Shown: piece after piece, positions 1 to 12,074 of the stretch
How positions within the stretch are numbered: position 1 is the first letter of the stretch
Layout of the letters: each line of letters opens with the position of its first letter
Assembly: GCA_002633005.1 (NCBI GenBank)
Contig: NMRA01000771.1
Coordinates: forward strand, 1 to 64,000
Direction of reading: 5' to 3'
Length of the DNA stretch: 64,000 nt
From: Phoronis australis
Taxonomy: Eukaryota > Animalia > Phoronida
Program-made: the position numbers and the translations under genes
The notes under the pieces: generated by a model
The model's database searches: none
Told to the model about the DNA's origin: nothing
What the model saw: the letters and a program-made list of their open reading frames with translations, nothing else

Positions 1-3000
1 ATGGAGGCAAGTGCAAGCCATTGGAGGCCAGTGGAGGCCAGTGGAGGCTCGTGGAGGCCAGCGGTTGCCAGTGCAGGCCAGTGGAGGTCAGTAGAGGCCA
101 GTGGTGGCCAGTGGAGGCCAGTGAAGGCCAGTGGAGGCCAGTGGAAACCAGTGGAGGCAAGTGCAAGCCATTGGAGTTCAGTGGAGACCAGTGGTGGCCA
201 GCGGTGGCCAGTGGAGGCTAGTGGAGGCCCGTAGAGGCCAGTGGAGGTCATTGGAGGCCAGCGGAGGAGTGTGGAGGCCACTGGAAGCCTATAAAATCTC
301 GTGGAGGCCATTGGATGCCAAACGTTGCCAGGGGAGGACAGTGAAGGCCAGTGGAGGCCAGTGGACGCCTGTTAAAGCCAGTGGAGGCCAGTTGTGGCCA
401 GTACAGGCCCTTGGAGACCAGTGGAGGCCAGTAGATTGCAGTGGATGGCAGCAGTGGCCAGGGGAGGCCAGTGGAGACCTGTGAAAGCCCGTGGAGACCA
501 TTGGAGGCTAGCGGATGCCAGTGGAGGCCAGAGAAGGCCAGAGGACGCCAGTGAAGGCTAGTGGAAGCTTCTAGAAACCAGTGGAGGGCTGTGAAGGACA
601 GTGGAGGCCAGTGGATTCCAGTGGAGGCTAGTGGAGAACAGTGAAGGCAAGTAGAGGGTAGTGCATGCCAGTGGAGGCCAACGGAGGCCAGTGGATGCCA
701 GTAGAGGCCAGGGGAGGCCAGTGGAGACCTGCAAAATCCCGTGGAGGTAACTGGAGGCCAGAGGATGCCAGCGGAGGCCAGGGAAGGTCAGTGGAGGCCA
801 GTACAAGCCAGCAGATGCCAGTGGAGGCCAGTGGAGGCCAGTCGAACCCTGTGAAAGCCCGTGGAGGCCTTTGAAGGCCAGAGGAGGCCAGTGGAGGCCG
901 GTGAAAACCAGTGCAGGCCAGTCGAGGCGAGTGGAAGCCAGTGGAGGTCAGTGGAATCCAGTGGAGGCCTTTGAATGCCGGTGGAGGTCAGTGGAGGTCA
1001 GTGGAGGCCAGTGGAGGCCAGAAGAGGCCAGGGGAGGCCAGGTGAGGCCAGGGGAGGTTAGTGGAGGCCAGTGGAGGCCAGGAGAGGCCAAAGCAGGCCA
1101 GTGGAGCCCTGTGAAAACCCGTTCAGGCCTTTGAAGGCCAGAGGAGGCCAGTGGAGGCCGATGACAATTAGTGCTGGCCAGTCGAGGCGAGTGGAAGCCA
1201 GTGGAGGGCAGTGGAAGCCAGTGGATGCCTATGAAGGCTGGTGGAGGTCAGTGGAGGTCAGTGGAGGCCAGTGGAGGCCAGAAGAGGCCAGGGATGGCCA
1301 GGGGAGGTTAGTGGAGGCCAGTGCAGGCCAGGAGAGGCCAGAGGAGGCCAGTGCAGGCCGGTGAAGATCAGTGCAGGCCGGTGAAGATCAGTGCAGGCCT
1401 GTGGAGGCCAGTGGAAGCCAGTGGAGGCCAGTGGAAGCCAGTGGAGGCCAGCGGAAGACAGTGGAGGCCTTTGAAGCCCCATTGAGGCCACTGGAGGCCA
1501 GTGGAGGGCACTGGAGTCCAGTGGAGGCCAGTGGAAGGCAGTGGAGGCCTGGGAAGCACAGTGGAGGCCAGTGGAGACCAGTGGAGGCCAGTGGAGGACA
1601 GTAGATGCCAGTAGAACCAGTAGACGCCAGGAGAGATCAGGGGACACGAGTAGAGGCTTGTGAAAGCCCGTGGATGCCATGCAAGAGGCCAGTGGAGGCC
1701 AGAGGAGGCCACTGGAAGTCTGTGAAAGCTCGTGGAGGCCAGTGGAGGCAATTGGAGACCAGTGGAGGCCAGTAGATTCCAGTGTAGACCAGTGGATACT
1801 AGTGGAGTGCTGTGAAGGCCCGTGGAGGCCAGTTGAGGCAATTGGAGACCAGTGGAGGCCAGTAGATGCCAGTGGAGACCAGTCGAGACCAGTACAGGGT
1901 AATGGATACCAGTGGAGGCCAGTGGAGGCCTGGGAAAGCTCGTGGAGGCCAGAAGAGGCCAGTCGAGGCCAGTGAAGGCCAGTGTAGACCGGTGGTGGCC
2001 AGTGGAGGCCTGGGAAGGACGCTGGAGGCCAGTTAAGGCCACTGGAGACCAGTGGAGGCCAGTAGATGCCAGTGGAGGCCATTAGAGTCCAGGAAAGGCC
2101 AGGAGATGCCAGGAGAAGCCAGGCGAGGCCATTAGAGGCTTGTGAAAGCCCGTGGAGGAACTTGGAGGGCAGATAAGGCCAGTGGAGGCCAGCAGAGGCC
2201 ACTGGAAGTCTGTTAAAGCTCGTGGAGGCCAGTGGAGGAAAGAACAGGCCAGTCGAGGCCAGTAAAGGCCAGTGTAGACCAGTGGAGACCAGTGGAGTGC
2301 TGTGAAGGCCCGTGGAGGCCAGTTGAGGCAGTTGGAGAGCAGTGGAGACCAGTAGATGCCAGTGGAGACAAGTCGAGGCCAGTAGAGGGTATTGGATACC
2401 AGTGGAGGCCAGTGGAGGCCAGTAGAAGCCAGGGGAGGCCAGTGGAGACCTGCGAAATCCCGTGGAGGCCACTGGAGGCCAGAGGATGCCAGTGGAGGCC
2501 AGAAGGCGCCAGTGAAGGCCAGTGGAGGCCAGTACAGGCCAGGAGAGGCCAGGGGAGGCAAGTGGAACCCTCTGAAAGCCCCTGGAGGCCATTGGAGACC
2601 AGAGGAGGCCAGTTGCGGCCGGTGAAGACCAGTGCAGGAAAGTGGAGGCGAGTGGAAGTCAGTGGAGGTCAATGGAAGCCAGTGGAAGTCTGTGAAGGCC
2701 TGTGAAGGCCAGTGGAGGTCAGTGGAGGCCAGTGTAGGGCACATGAGACCAGTGGAGACCTGTTGTTTCTAGTTGAGGCCAGAGGATGCCAGTGGAGGCC
2801 CGAAAAGGCCAATGGGGGCCAGAGGAGGCAAGTGGAGGCCAGTGAAGTTCAGTGCAGACCAAAGGAGGCCGAAGAGGCCAGGGAAGGCCAGGGGAGGCAA
2901 GGGGAGGTTAGTGGAGGCCAGTGCAGGCCACGAGAGGCCAGGAGAGGCAGTGGAGGCCAGAGGAACCTTTTGAAAGCCCGTGTACGCTATTGTAGGCCAG

Positions 3001-6000
3001 AGGAAGCCAGTGGAGGGCTGTGAAGACCAGTGCAGGCCTGTGGAGGTCAGTGGAAGCCAGTGGAGGCAAATGAAAACCAGTGGAGGCCTGTGAAGGCCCG
3101 TGGAGGCCAGTAGAGACCAGTGGAGGACAATAGATGCCAGTGGAGGCCAGTAGAGGCCAAGAGACGCCAGTCGAGGCCAGTGAATTCCAGTGTAGACCGG
3201 TGGAGGCCAGAGAAGGCCTGGGAAGGCTAGTGGAGGCCAGAAGAGGACAGTCGAGGCCAGTGAAGGCCAGTGTAGACCGATGGAGACCAGTGGAGGCCTG
3301 GGAAGGACACTGGAGGCCAGTTAAGGCCATTGGAGACCAGTGGAGGCCAGTAGATGCCAGTGGAGGCCATTAGAGTCCAGGAGAGGCCAGGAGAGCCCAG
3401 GCGAGGCTATTAGAGGCTTGTGAAAGCCCGTGAAGGAATTTGGAGGCCAGATAAGAACAGTGGAGGCCAGTGAAGACCAGTGCAGGCCAGTGCAGGCGAG
3501 TGGAAGGCGGTAGAGGTCACTGGACGCCAGTGGAGGCCTGTGAAAGCCAGTGGACATCAGTGGGGACCAGTGTAGGGCACTGGTGACCAGTGGAGGCCTG
3601 TAGATGTCAGTGGAGGCCAAAGGATGCCAGTGGAGGCCCGAGAAAGCAAATGGGGGCAGAGGAGTCCAGCGGAGGCCAGTGAATTCCAGTGCAGACCAGT
3701 GGATGCCAGGAAAGGCCAGCTGAAGCCAGGGGAGGTTAGTGGAGGCCAGTAGAAGCCAGGGGAGGCCAGTGGAGACCTGCGAAATCCCGTGGAGGTCACT
3801 AGAGGCCAGAGGATGCCAGTGGACGCCAGAAGGTGCCAATGGAGGCGACAGGAGGCCAGCGGAGGCCAGTGAAGGCCAGTGGAGGCCAGTACAGGCCAGG
3901 AGAGGCCGGGGAGGCAGGCAAGTGGAACCCTGTGAAAGCCCGTGGACACCATTGGAGACCAGAGGAGGCCAGTGGAGGCCGGTGAAGACCAGTGCAGGCC
4001 AGTGGAGGCTGGAAGAGGCCAGGGGAGGCCAGGGTAGGCCACGGGAGGTTAGTGGAGGCCTGTGCCGGCCAGGAGAGGCCAGGGGAGGCCAATGGAGGCC
4101 AGTGGAACCCTTTGAAAGCCCGTGGACGCTATTGGAGGCCAGAGGAGGCCAGTGGAGGGCCGTGAAGACCAGTCCCAGGCCTGTGAATGTCAGTGGAAGC
4201 CAGTGGAGGCAAATGGAAGCCAGTGGAGACCTGTGAAGGCCCGTGTGGAGGCCAGTGGAGGCCAGTGGAGGCCAGTGGAGTCCAGTGGAGGCCACTGGAG
4301 ACCAGTGGAGGCCATTGGAAGCCAGTGGAATCCTGGGAAGCACAGTGGAGGCCAGTGGAGACCAGTGGAGGACAGTAGATGCCAGTGGAAGCCAGTAGAG
4401 GCCAAGAGAGGCCAGTCGAGGCCAGTGATGGCAAGTGTAGACCGGTGGAGGCCAGTGGAGGCCTGGGAAGGCTAGTGGAGGCCAGAAGAGGCCAGTCGAG
4501 GCCAGTGAAGGCCAGTGTAGACCGGTGGAGGCCAGTGGAGGCCTGGGAAATCCTGTGGAGGCCTGGGAAAGCCTGTGGATGCCTGTTAAGGCCAATGGAG
4601 ACCAGTGGAGGCCAGTAGATCACAGTGGAGGCCCTTAGAGTGCAGGAGAGGCCAGGGGAGGCCAGGCAAGGCCATTAGAGGCTTGTGAAAGCCTGTGGAG
4701 GACTTTGGAGGCCAGATAAGGCCAGTGGAAGCCGGTGAAGACCAGTGCAGGCCAGTGCAGGCGAGTGGAAGCCAGTAGAGGTCACTGGAAGCCAGTGGAG
4801 GCCTGTGAAGGCCAGTGGATGTCAGTGGGAACCAGTGTAGGGCACAGGTGACCAGCGGAGGCCTGTAGATGTCAGTGGAGGCCAGAGGATGCCAGTGGAG
4901 GCCCGAGAAAGCAAATGGGTGCAGTGGAGTCCAGCGGAGGCCAGTGAATTTCAGTGCAGACCAGTGGATGCCAGGAAAGGCCAGCTGAAGCCAGGGGAGG
5001 TTAGTGGAGGCCAGTGCACGCCAGGAGAGGCCAGGGGAAGCCAGTGGAGGCCAGTGGAGCCTTTTGAAAGCCCGTGGAGGCCATTGGAGGCCAGTGGAGG
5101 GCGGTGAAGACCAGTGCAGGGCAGGGGAGGCCAGTGAAACCCAGTGGGGGTCAGTGGAAGCCATTGGAGGCCTGTGAAGTCCCGTGGAGCTCAGTGGAGA
5201 CCAGTGGAGGCCAGTGGAATCCAGTGGATGCCTGGGAAAAACAGTGGAGGCCAGTGGAGACCAGTGGAGGCCAGTAGAGGCCCGGAAAGGCCAGGGGAGT
5301 CCAGTAGAGGCTTCTGAAAACCCGTGGAGGCCATTGGAGACAAGTGGAGGACAGCGGAGGCCACTGGAACCCTGTGAAAGCTCGTGGAGGCCACTGGAGC
5401 CCATAAGAGGCCAATCGAGGCCAGTGAAGACAGGTGTAGACCAGTGGAGCCCAGTGGAGGCCAGTGGAGAGCAGCAGAAGCCAGGGGAGGCCAGGGGAGA
5501 TCTGTGAAAGCCAGTGGAGGCCATTGGAGGCCAGAGAATGCCAGTGGAAGCCGGTGAAGACCAGTGCAGGCCAGTGGAGGCGAGTGGAAGCCAGTGGAGG
5601 TCAGTGGAAGCCAGTGGAGGCCTGTGAAAGCCAGTGGAGGTAAGTGGAGGCTAGTGTAGGGCACTGGAGACCAGTGGAGGCCTGTAGATGCCAGTGGAGG
5701 CCAGAGGATGCCAGTGGAGGCCCGAGACGGCTTATGGGGCCAGAGGAGGTAAGTGGAGGCCAGTGAAGTTCAGTGCAGACCAGTGGAGGCCAGAAGAACC
5801 CAGGGGACGCCAGGGGAGCTTAGTGGAGGCCAGTGCACGCCAGAAGAGGCCAGGGTTGGCCAGGCCAGGAGAGGCTATTGGAGCCAGTGGAACCTCTTGA
5901 ATGCCCGTGTAGGCCATTGGAGGCCAGAGGAGGCCAGTGGAGGCAAGTGGAGGCCAGTGAAGGCCAGTGGAGGTCAGTGGAAGCCTGTGGAGGCAATTGG

Positions 6001-6140
6001 AATCCAGTGGAGACCAGTGGAGGCCAGAGGAGGCCAGTAGGGGCCAGTGGAGGCCAGTGGAGGCCAGAGGAGGTCAGAGGAGGCCAGTGGATGCCAGTGA
6101 AAGCCAGCGTAGGCCTTTGGAGGCCATTGGAGTCCAGTTC
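1..6140. repeat. GC-rich tandem satellite, 10-bp monomer GTGGAGGCCA, with higher-order structure; continues beyond the window start
   Basis: Continuous degenerate 10-bp repeats. Diagnostic variant blocks recur, e.g. TTAGAGT near 2082, 3370 and 4635, a spacing of about 1.27-1.29 kb. The consensus has no stop codon in any frame, which explains the WRPVEASGGQ / WPPLASTGLH ORFs. Confidence 0.97.
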
Positions 6141-6364
6141 ACTGTGATATATATTTATTGAAGGATACACAGAACAAACAAAGAAATAATAACAAACCCA
6201 GAAACCGCGAAGCATTATATCTGGGTTGTAAACAATTCATAAATGAAACTTATATACATAGAGGTATATACAATTAAGTAGTATCTAAAATAAGTATTCC
6301 AATACTTAGACATGCTATTACAGATATATAAAAACAAAAATATGTACAGATTCACGTAGGGCAA

Positions 6365-9300
6365 TCAGATGCAACAATATTGATAAACGGTACATAAAAA
6401 TTTGCTAACGTTGCTTAGGAGGAATTCGTTGAGAACAAAGTCAAGGTTAGGACTACCATTCAGTAATAATGTAACTCTAGTAGGGATATTATTACAAGAA
6501 TTGAGAGCGTTAACAATTGATTGATTATCATTGAGTGCACGAAAGAGTGAGTCTCTCAGGGATTCGATGAGGGGACATTTGAAGAAAATATGAGGATAAG
6601 ATTGATGGTCACCACATTTACAGTTTGGAGAGACATTACTAAAGTTGTGCCTGAACTTGTCAGAGTTGAGGAAAAGGCCACATCTTGATCTGTACAATGC
6701 TATTTCGTTATCGCGGGTAAGGGAGAATTGAGTCAAGGGTGTTGAGTTATCAAAATTATGAAAAACAGTTCTAAAATTATTTTTTATACTCGTAAAAGAG
6801 TTGCTTTCCTTAACAGAGACTGGAAGAGAATTCCAGTTGTTGATGCACATCATGACTGTAGACCTTCTGAATGCCTGACTGAACGACGGAGGAATTGCAT
6901 ATGGGGTGGAGAATCTCAAATCACTACGATGGCCTTGTCTAATATATAGATCAAATATTTTTTTGACAGACACGTTGTTGACATTGTTTATTACCTTGAA
7001 CGTAAATGTGGTCATGTGAAGATTGCGTCGAGTAGACAGTTTGGGCCACTTGAGATTATTCAAAACCTTAACACTATTGGATCCCCTGTAAGCTCCAGTT
7101 ATGAGTAAGGCGGCTTGATATTGTAACTTCTCCAAATGTTGGAGTGCACCCGTATTGGCAGACTGATATATAATATCACAATAATCAATGTGTGGAAGTA
7201 CAAAGGACTTGAACAAAACTTCTAAATGTGTAGAATTCAGATGACGAGAGACAAGCTTAAGTGGGTTAATTAGTTCCTGAGTTTTTTGTACGAGCTCCCG
7301 AACGTGAGGGGTGAATGAGAGTTTTTCATCTAACAGTATACCCAGATGTCTGTGCGACTGTTTTCTAGGAATGATTTCATCATTAAGTTTAAGGTCATAA
7401 GACGGGTCAACAAGGAAGAGAGCATTAATAGATTTGGAGAAGGTAAGGTCAACGCTTTTTTCTGGTTTAAAATTCATTCTCCATTCTTGTGACCAATAGC
7501 TTAGTTTATTTAAGTCGTGTTGAAGCTGCAAAGAACATTCAGGGCTGCTCCCTGCGAAGGGGTAAAAAAGCGCCGTGTCATCTGCATAAAGGTATGTGCT
7601 ACATGACAGGTTATCAGGAAGGTCATTAATATAAACCAAGAAGAGAAGAGGGCCCAATACGCTACCCTGCGGTACACCTGCGTTTACAAATCCAGGATGG
7701 GATAAAATTGAAAGTACGCCATCGACACGAACACTGTATGTTCTTTCGGAGAGATATGAGGTGATCATGTTTAAAAGATTACCAGTAATGCCATAGGATC
7801 GAAGTTTGTGAAGTAGAAGGTCGTGAGGGACACAGTCGAAAGCAGAAGCTATATCTAGAAAAATGGACCTGACACTCTCTCCCTTCTCAAAATGTAAATG
7901 AATCTCATGTACTATTTCAACAAGTTGTGCCACGGTGCTGTTCCCACGCAAAAAACCAAATTGACGATGATAGATCAAGTTGTTTTGTTTGAGAAATGTA
8001 AGAATACTTTGAGCAATGATCTTCTCAAAGATTTTGGACAGGGTGTTAAGTAATGTTATTGGGCGATAATTTGAAATTTCAGTTTTGGAGCCTTTTTTGT
8101 GTATGGGGACCATAATTCCATGTTTCCAAGAAGACGGATAAATGCCTAGCTGAAGAAGTTTGTTAAACAGATTGGTCAGGGGCATGGTAATTTCGTTGGC
8201 AATCATTTTGATCATCTTGCTGGTTATTAAAGCTGTGCCATCATTCTTATTGGGGTCAATTTCATTGAGATACTTCCGGACATCAGTTTGATTAGCCGGG
8301 ATGTCAGACAGTTGATTGAGACAACGTTCACGAAGAAAGGGAAAGTTACTTACTTCAGTTGGTGTAATGTGGCTTTTGTTCGTGAAAAATTTGAGAAACA
8401 AATCACACTTGTCACTACTACGTGAGGCTAGGTTACCATTATAGTTGATGACAGGATAGGAGGATTGCTGTTGACTGCCGCGTATTTTATTGATGATGTT
8501 CCAGTATTCTTTGGAATTCTTGCTTGCGCTGTTAATTTGTTGAAAAAGCTTGTGTCGGTGATCAGCTTTGGCTTGATTTACTAAAGTTTCAACCAGACGT
8601 GACTGCTCCTTGTATCTGTTGTAGATTATAGTGTTGTTAGATCTTCTGAAAGAGCTGTAAAGTCTGTTTCTTGTGCGGATTGCCCGTTTAACATTACTGT
8701 TGAACCACGGTTTGCTGTTGTGTTTAATTATCTTTTCAGTTGATGGGATGTTGTTTTTTAAGATTTCATAGAGAGTACTAGTGAAGAGTGAAACAGTGTC
8801 ATCAATGTCGCCAGTGTTCAATATGGAATCCCAGTCAGTGTTGGTGATATCCTGACGCAGTTTATCGGTGTCGACCTGATCATATTTCCAGTTGGTTCGA
8901 GTGGTGTGTTGCTCTTTAACCGGTTTTTTAAGTGTTAGAGTGGTTTCGATAGTGTGGTGATCAGAATTGCCAACAGGAGGTAGTACAGAACATGAGTCAA
9001 TGATACTCAAATTGTTTGTTATACACAGGTCAATACATGAATGAGAAACGTCGGTGATACGGGTTGGCTCATTAATTAGTTGTATGCAGTCATTAGACAA
9101 TAAAATATCAAACAATTGTAGTCCGGCCGTATTGTCATGATCATCATTGTACCATGTAGAGTTTCGGGCATTGAAATCACCATTTATGATTATACTAACG
9201 CTATTGCGGTTAAGTTCCGCTAACTGATCCGCTAGGGCTTTGAAGTAGAGTTTTCTTTCAGTTGGAGATTGAGAAGGTGAGCGATAAAACAACCCATAGT

Positions 9301-10072
9301 AAATTTTTCTGTGATCGAAATAAATTTCGATCCAGCAGTTGCATAACTGAGGACAAGTTAAGCTAGGACATAATTTAAATGAGAGTGTGTTTTTAGTGAA
9401 TAAAATGATACCACGGCCACTGTTGCTGTGATACGAAACACTGTAACCAGGAATGATTAGTTCATTATCAAGGTCGTCTTTGGTAACATTACAAGTTTCA
9501 CAAAGAGCGACAATCATATAATCGTAAGACAGAACAAAGTTTTTTAGAAGTTGGAATCTGGAGAAATTGTTGGATTTAATACTGTTAATATTTGAAAATA
9601 AGATTTTAAAGGTAGTATTGTCTTCAGGCCCAGGATTTTCTTCAACATCGCCAGCTAAAAGGAGGCACATGCCAATGACGATTCCGTAATCCATACAGGT
9701 GTTACATAAACAATAGTAAGACACATCAGTAAGCTGAACCCGCATAGCGTGATATCTCATTCGATGCCGGTGAGAGGAATTGAACTGTGACCATGAGGGG
9801 GAAAACAATGTAAGACCAGAGAAACTCACACTACTCGAGGCACTCAAAGGATAGCCGTATTTAACAATTAATACACCAATGCTTGTTGAAAATTCAAGGG
9901 TTGTTAAATGAATAAGGTAGTCTGGACAACTAGGGTAGTCATTTTTAAAAAACAAAATTATATCATAGGCTCGCTTACAGGTACATAAATAGCAACTTAG
10001 TTGAAAAGCACAACATATAAATTCAATCTTGGGAAACCAGTTAGTTCTGTTGCAAGTGAATACAAAACACAT
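6365..10072 (-). CDS. LINE ORF2 (1235 aa from first ATG): hydrophobic leader, 2A-like peptide, APE endonuclease, reverse transcriptase, C-terminal CCHC-like region
   Basis: Uninterrupted frame. APE motifs NINS, GDFN and SDH; RT motifs YRPITLL, PQGSVLGP and YADD; C-terminal CKCGDHQSYPHIFFKC. The frame is open to 10117 and the first ATG is at 10072. Confidence 0.93.
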   Translation of the reverse strand: MCFVFTCNRTNWFPKIEFICCAFQLSCYLCTCKRAYDIILFFKNDYPSCPDYLIHLTTLEFSTSIGVLIVKYGYPLSASSSVSFSGLTLFSPSWSQFNSSHRHRMRYHAMRVQLTDVSYYCLCNTCMDYGIVIGMCLLLAGDVEENPGPEDNTTFKILFSNINSIKSNNFSRFQLLKNFVLSYDYMIVALCETCNVTKDDLDNELIIPGYSVSYHSNSGRGIILFTKNTLSFKLCPSLTCPQLCNCWIEIYFDHRKIYYGLFYRSPSQSPTERKLYFKALADQLAELNRNSVSIIINGDFNARNSTWYNDDHDNTAGLQLFDILLSNDCIQLINEPTRITDVSHSCIDLCITNNLSIIDSCSVLPPVGNSDHHTIETTLTLKKPVKEQHTTRTNWKYDQVDTDKLRQDITNTDWDSILNTGDIDDTVSLFTSTLYEILKNNIPSTEKIIKHNSKPWFNSNVKRAIRTRNRLYSSFRRSNNTIIYNRYKEQSRLVETLVNQAKADHRHKLFQQINSASKNSKEYWNIINKIRGSQQQSSYPVINYNGNLASRSSDKCDLFLKFFTNKSHITPTEVSNFPFLRERCLNQLSDIPANQTDVRKYLNEIDPNKNDGTALITSKMIKMIANEITMPLTNLFNKLLQLGIYPSSWKHGIMVPIHKKGSKTEISNYRPITLLNTLSKIFEKIIAQSILTFLKQNNLIYHRQFGFLRGNSTVAQLVEIVHEIHLHFEKGESVRSIFLDIASAFDCVPHDLLLHKLRSYGITGNLLNMITSYLSERTYSVRVDGVLSILSHPGFVNAGVPQGSVLGPLLFLVYINDLPDNLSCSTYLYADDTALFYPFAGSSPECSLQLQHDLNKLSYWSQEWRMNFKPEKSVDLTFSKSINALFLVDPSYDLKLNDEIIPRKQSHRHLGILLDEKLSFTPHVRELVQKTQELINPLKLVSRHLNSTHLEVLFKSFVLPHIDYCDIIYQSANTGALQHLEKLQYQAALLITGAYRGSNSVKVLNNLKWPKLSTRRNLHMTTFTFKVINNVNNVSVKKIFDLYIRQGHRSDLRFSTPYAIPPSFSQAFRRSTVMMCINNWNSLPVSVKESNSFTSIKNNFRTVFHNFDNSTPLTQFSLTRDNEIALYRSRCGLFLNSDKFRHNFSNVSPNCKCGDHQSYPHIFFKCPLIESLRDSLFRALNDNQSIVNALNSCNNIPTRVTLLLNGSPNLDFVLNEFLLSNVSKFLCTVYQYCCI
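9626..9685 (-). other. 2A-like ribosomal stop-go (skipping) sequence GIVIGMCLLLAGDVEENPG|P
   Basis: Exact match to the D(V/I)ExNPGP consensus, preceded by LLLAG, immediately upstream of the APE domain. The predicted skip falls between Gly (9631-9629) and Pro (9628-9626). Confidence 0.88.
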
Positions 10073-11266
10073 AGATAATGATTGACCTAAAGATATGTAC
10101 AGAGGAAATATGATCAAATAGTAACGGACAAAAGAAGGTTAAAAATAAGAGTTTGAAAACTCAAATTCGCTGAAGAAAACACAAAAAGATGTATTGAAGA
10201 TTTCTCACTTTGGATAAATTAGCTGTAACACGTTTTAGACTTGATAAAAGGCTATGAGTTCTTACCACTATAGGCCACCCAGTAATGACTGAACAGCTCA
10301 TGTGTTCGGTGGTGTCTTCTGAATTGAAGTAAACTTTCTCACAGATTGAAACACCAGTTTTCACTGGGATTATTTCAACTTGATACTCATTATAAACTAA
10401 ATTATGGTGACAGACAGTGCTCAATGTGATTTTTTCACGGGCAAGCTAAAACAGTAATAACTAATTAATGATATGGGGAATCATTCTGAAACCCACAACA
10501 AAAATCACATGTAGTTGTAGATTCTGCACCTGACTGACAGAGAACAGAACAAGTGCCTGGAAATTAAAATCAATATTATAGTGAGTGAGAGGTGTCAATA
10601 ACATGACCGAACAGAAATGCCACACAAAATCAGTGACGTGTAAATTTATCCTAACAGACAATTTGGTATGGAGTTGTCTACAAAATCAACGTTCTGAGAA
10701 ACACAAAGTCGGAAAAAAATAATTATTATATAAGGGACAGCCCCTAAGGCCCGAGCTCACATATAAGAATCATTGTCTTATGTGAATATCATGCAATGTA
10801 CAATTCCGTCACACATTCAATAAAAATGAGGGAAACATGTTTTAACGACAACCAAAAATACCTCATTAATACATACTGTAGGCAGTTGCAAAGATACTAC
10901 ACTGCATTTTTGGTAATGGTGCAACTGGGAAACAGTAAGAGGCAATAAGCAACAAAACCCATGCTCCAAACAAGAATGATTTAGATGCAGATTAAGAATT
11001 TGATGCATTACCATTGCCTGTGGTCAGTATAAGGTGTTGTGATCGCTACGGACCTGTATAGAGTGCACCACCACTGATAGAGAGGTAACTTGAGCGTGAT
11101 CTGGTATTACATAAGGGAGAAAACTGAATAAGTATCAGTGGACAGGACAATTACCTGATCCTGCCAAGACATGGGGGGTGGGGTGAGTGAACGCAAACAA
11201 AGTGAGGGATGTCACCAGTGAGTAATTGGATATGAACTACCATAGGACGAGAGAGCAGGATACAAT

Positions 11267-12074
11267 TTAAACTTCACAGTTTTCTAACACTAGAAGGACA
11301 CGTTCTGAGGAAACCTGCTTTATCCTGTTATCATGCAGCTGTATTGTTACGTTACCGTCATGCGTCCACGTTTTAGCGATGGTTTTAGATTGTACAAGGC
11401 GGCGACAGCGGGCGTAGAGAAGGGACCGTTGTTTCGTGAGATTTTCATTGATGTAGATCGGGGATGGTAAGTTCAGTTTGCGGAGTAGACTTCTATTGTG
11501 AAAGAAAGCAGCTCTGGTATTATATGACACAAACTTACAGATGATGGAGCGATCTTTTCGCGAATCTCCTAGCTCCATGTTTTCGTAGTTTGGGCCCGAG
11601 GGATCTGCTGATTTGTTGGGGGTTAATTTCAAGACCCAGTTTGCGTCCCAAGTCGATCACAATGTTGTCAGTAGCTCCAGGTTTTTCATTTACAGGCTCA
11701 TCGACTCCATATATAATTATATTATTGCGACGCGAGTATTGCTCTAGGTTAATTTGTCTAGATTTGCTGACAAATTGTGTTGACTTGCTCATTCAGCCGC
11801 TGTATTTCTTTGTCTTTCTGGTTAAGGATGGACTCGTAGTAGGCCTTTATATCATCCAGGGCAGGCTGAAATAGTTGCTCACGGAGTGTTTTAATAACTT
11901 GGGGCGAAGTCAGCGCTTTTTGGAGCTTTGCAATGTCCTCATTTGAGTCCGAATCACACAGGGACTGGTCAAGCTGACGGAAGTCAAGGGTTGTTTGAGT
12001 AAGTTTTTTGCTCTGTCGTTTAAGGATGCGCTATCTTTGCTTGCATACCTCTTTCTTGGTTCGTCAGCACTCAT
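11267..12074 (-). pseudogene. LINE ORF1 (coiled-coil plus RRM/Transposase_22-like), broken by at least three lesions
   Basis: Segments lie in different frames: KLQKALTSP...EIQRLNEQV; LEQYSRRNNIIIYGVDE; IICKFVSY...IYINENLTKQR...KTWTHDGNV. Frame changes occur near 12030, 11760 and 11600. Confidence 0.8.

Noticed and set aside
1-6140. CRISPR-like or telomeric array
   Set aside because: No unique spacers and no cas genes, the context is eukaryotic, and the unit is not TTAGGG-like.
1-6215. Dozens of ORFs up to 444 aa with WRPVEASGGQ or WPPLASTGLH repeats
   Set aside because: The 10-bp monomer has no stop in any frame, so ORFs appear in all six frames. There is no splice or codon evidence for coding.
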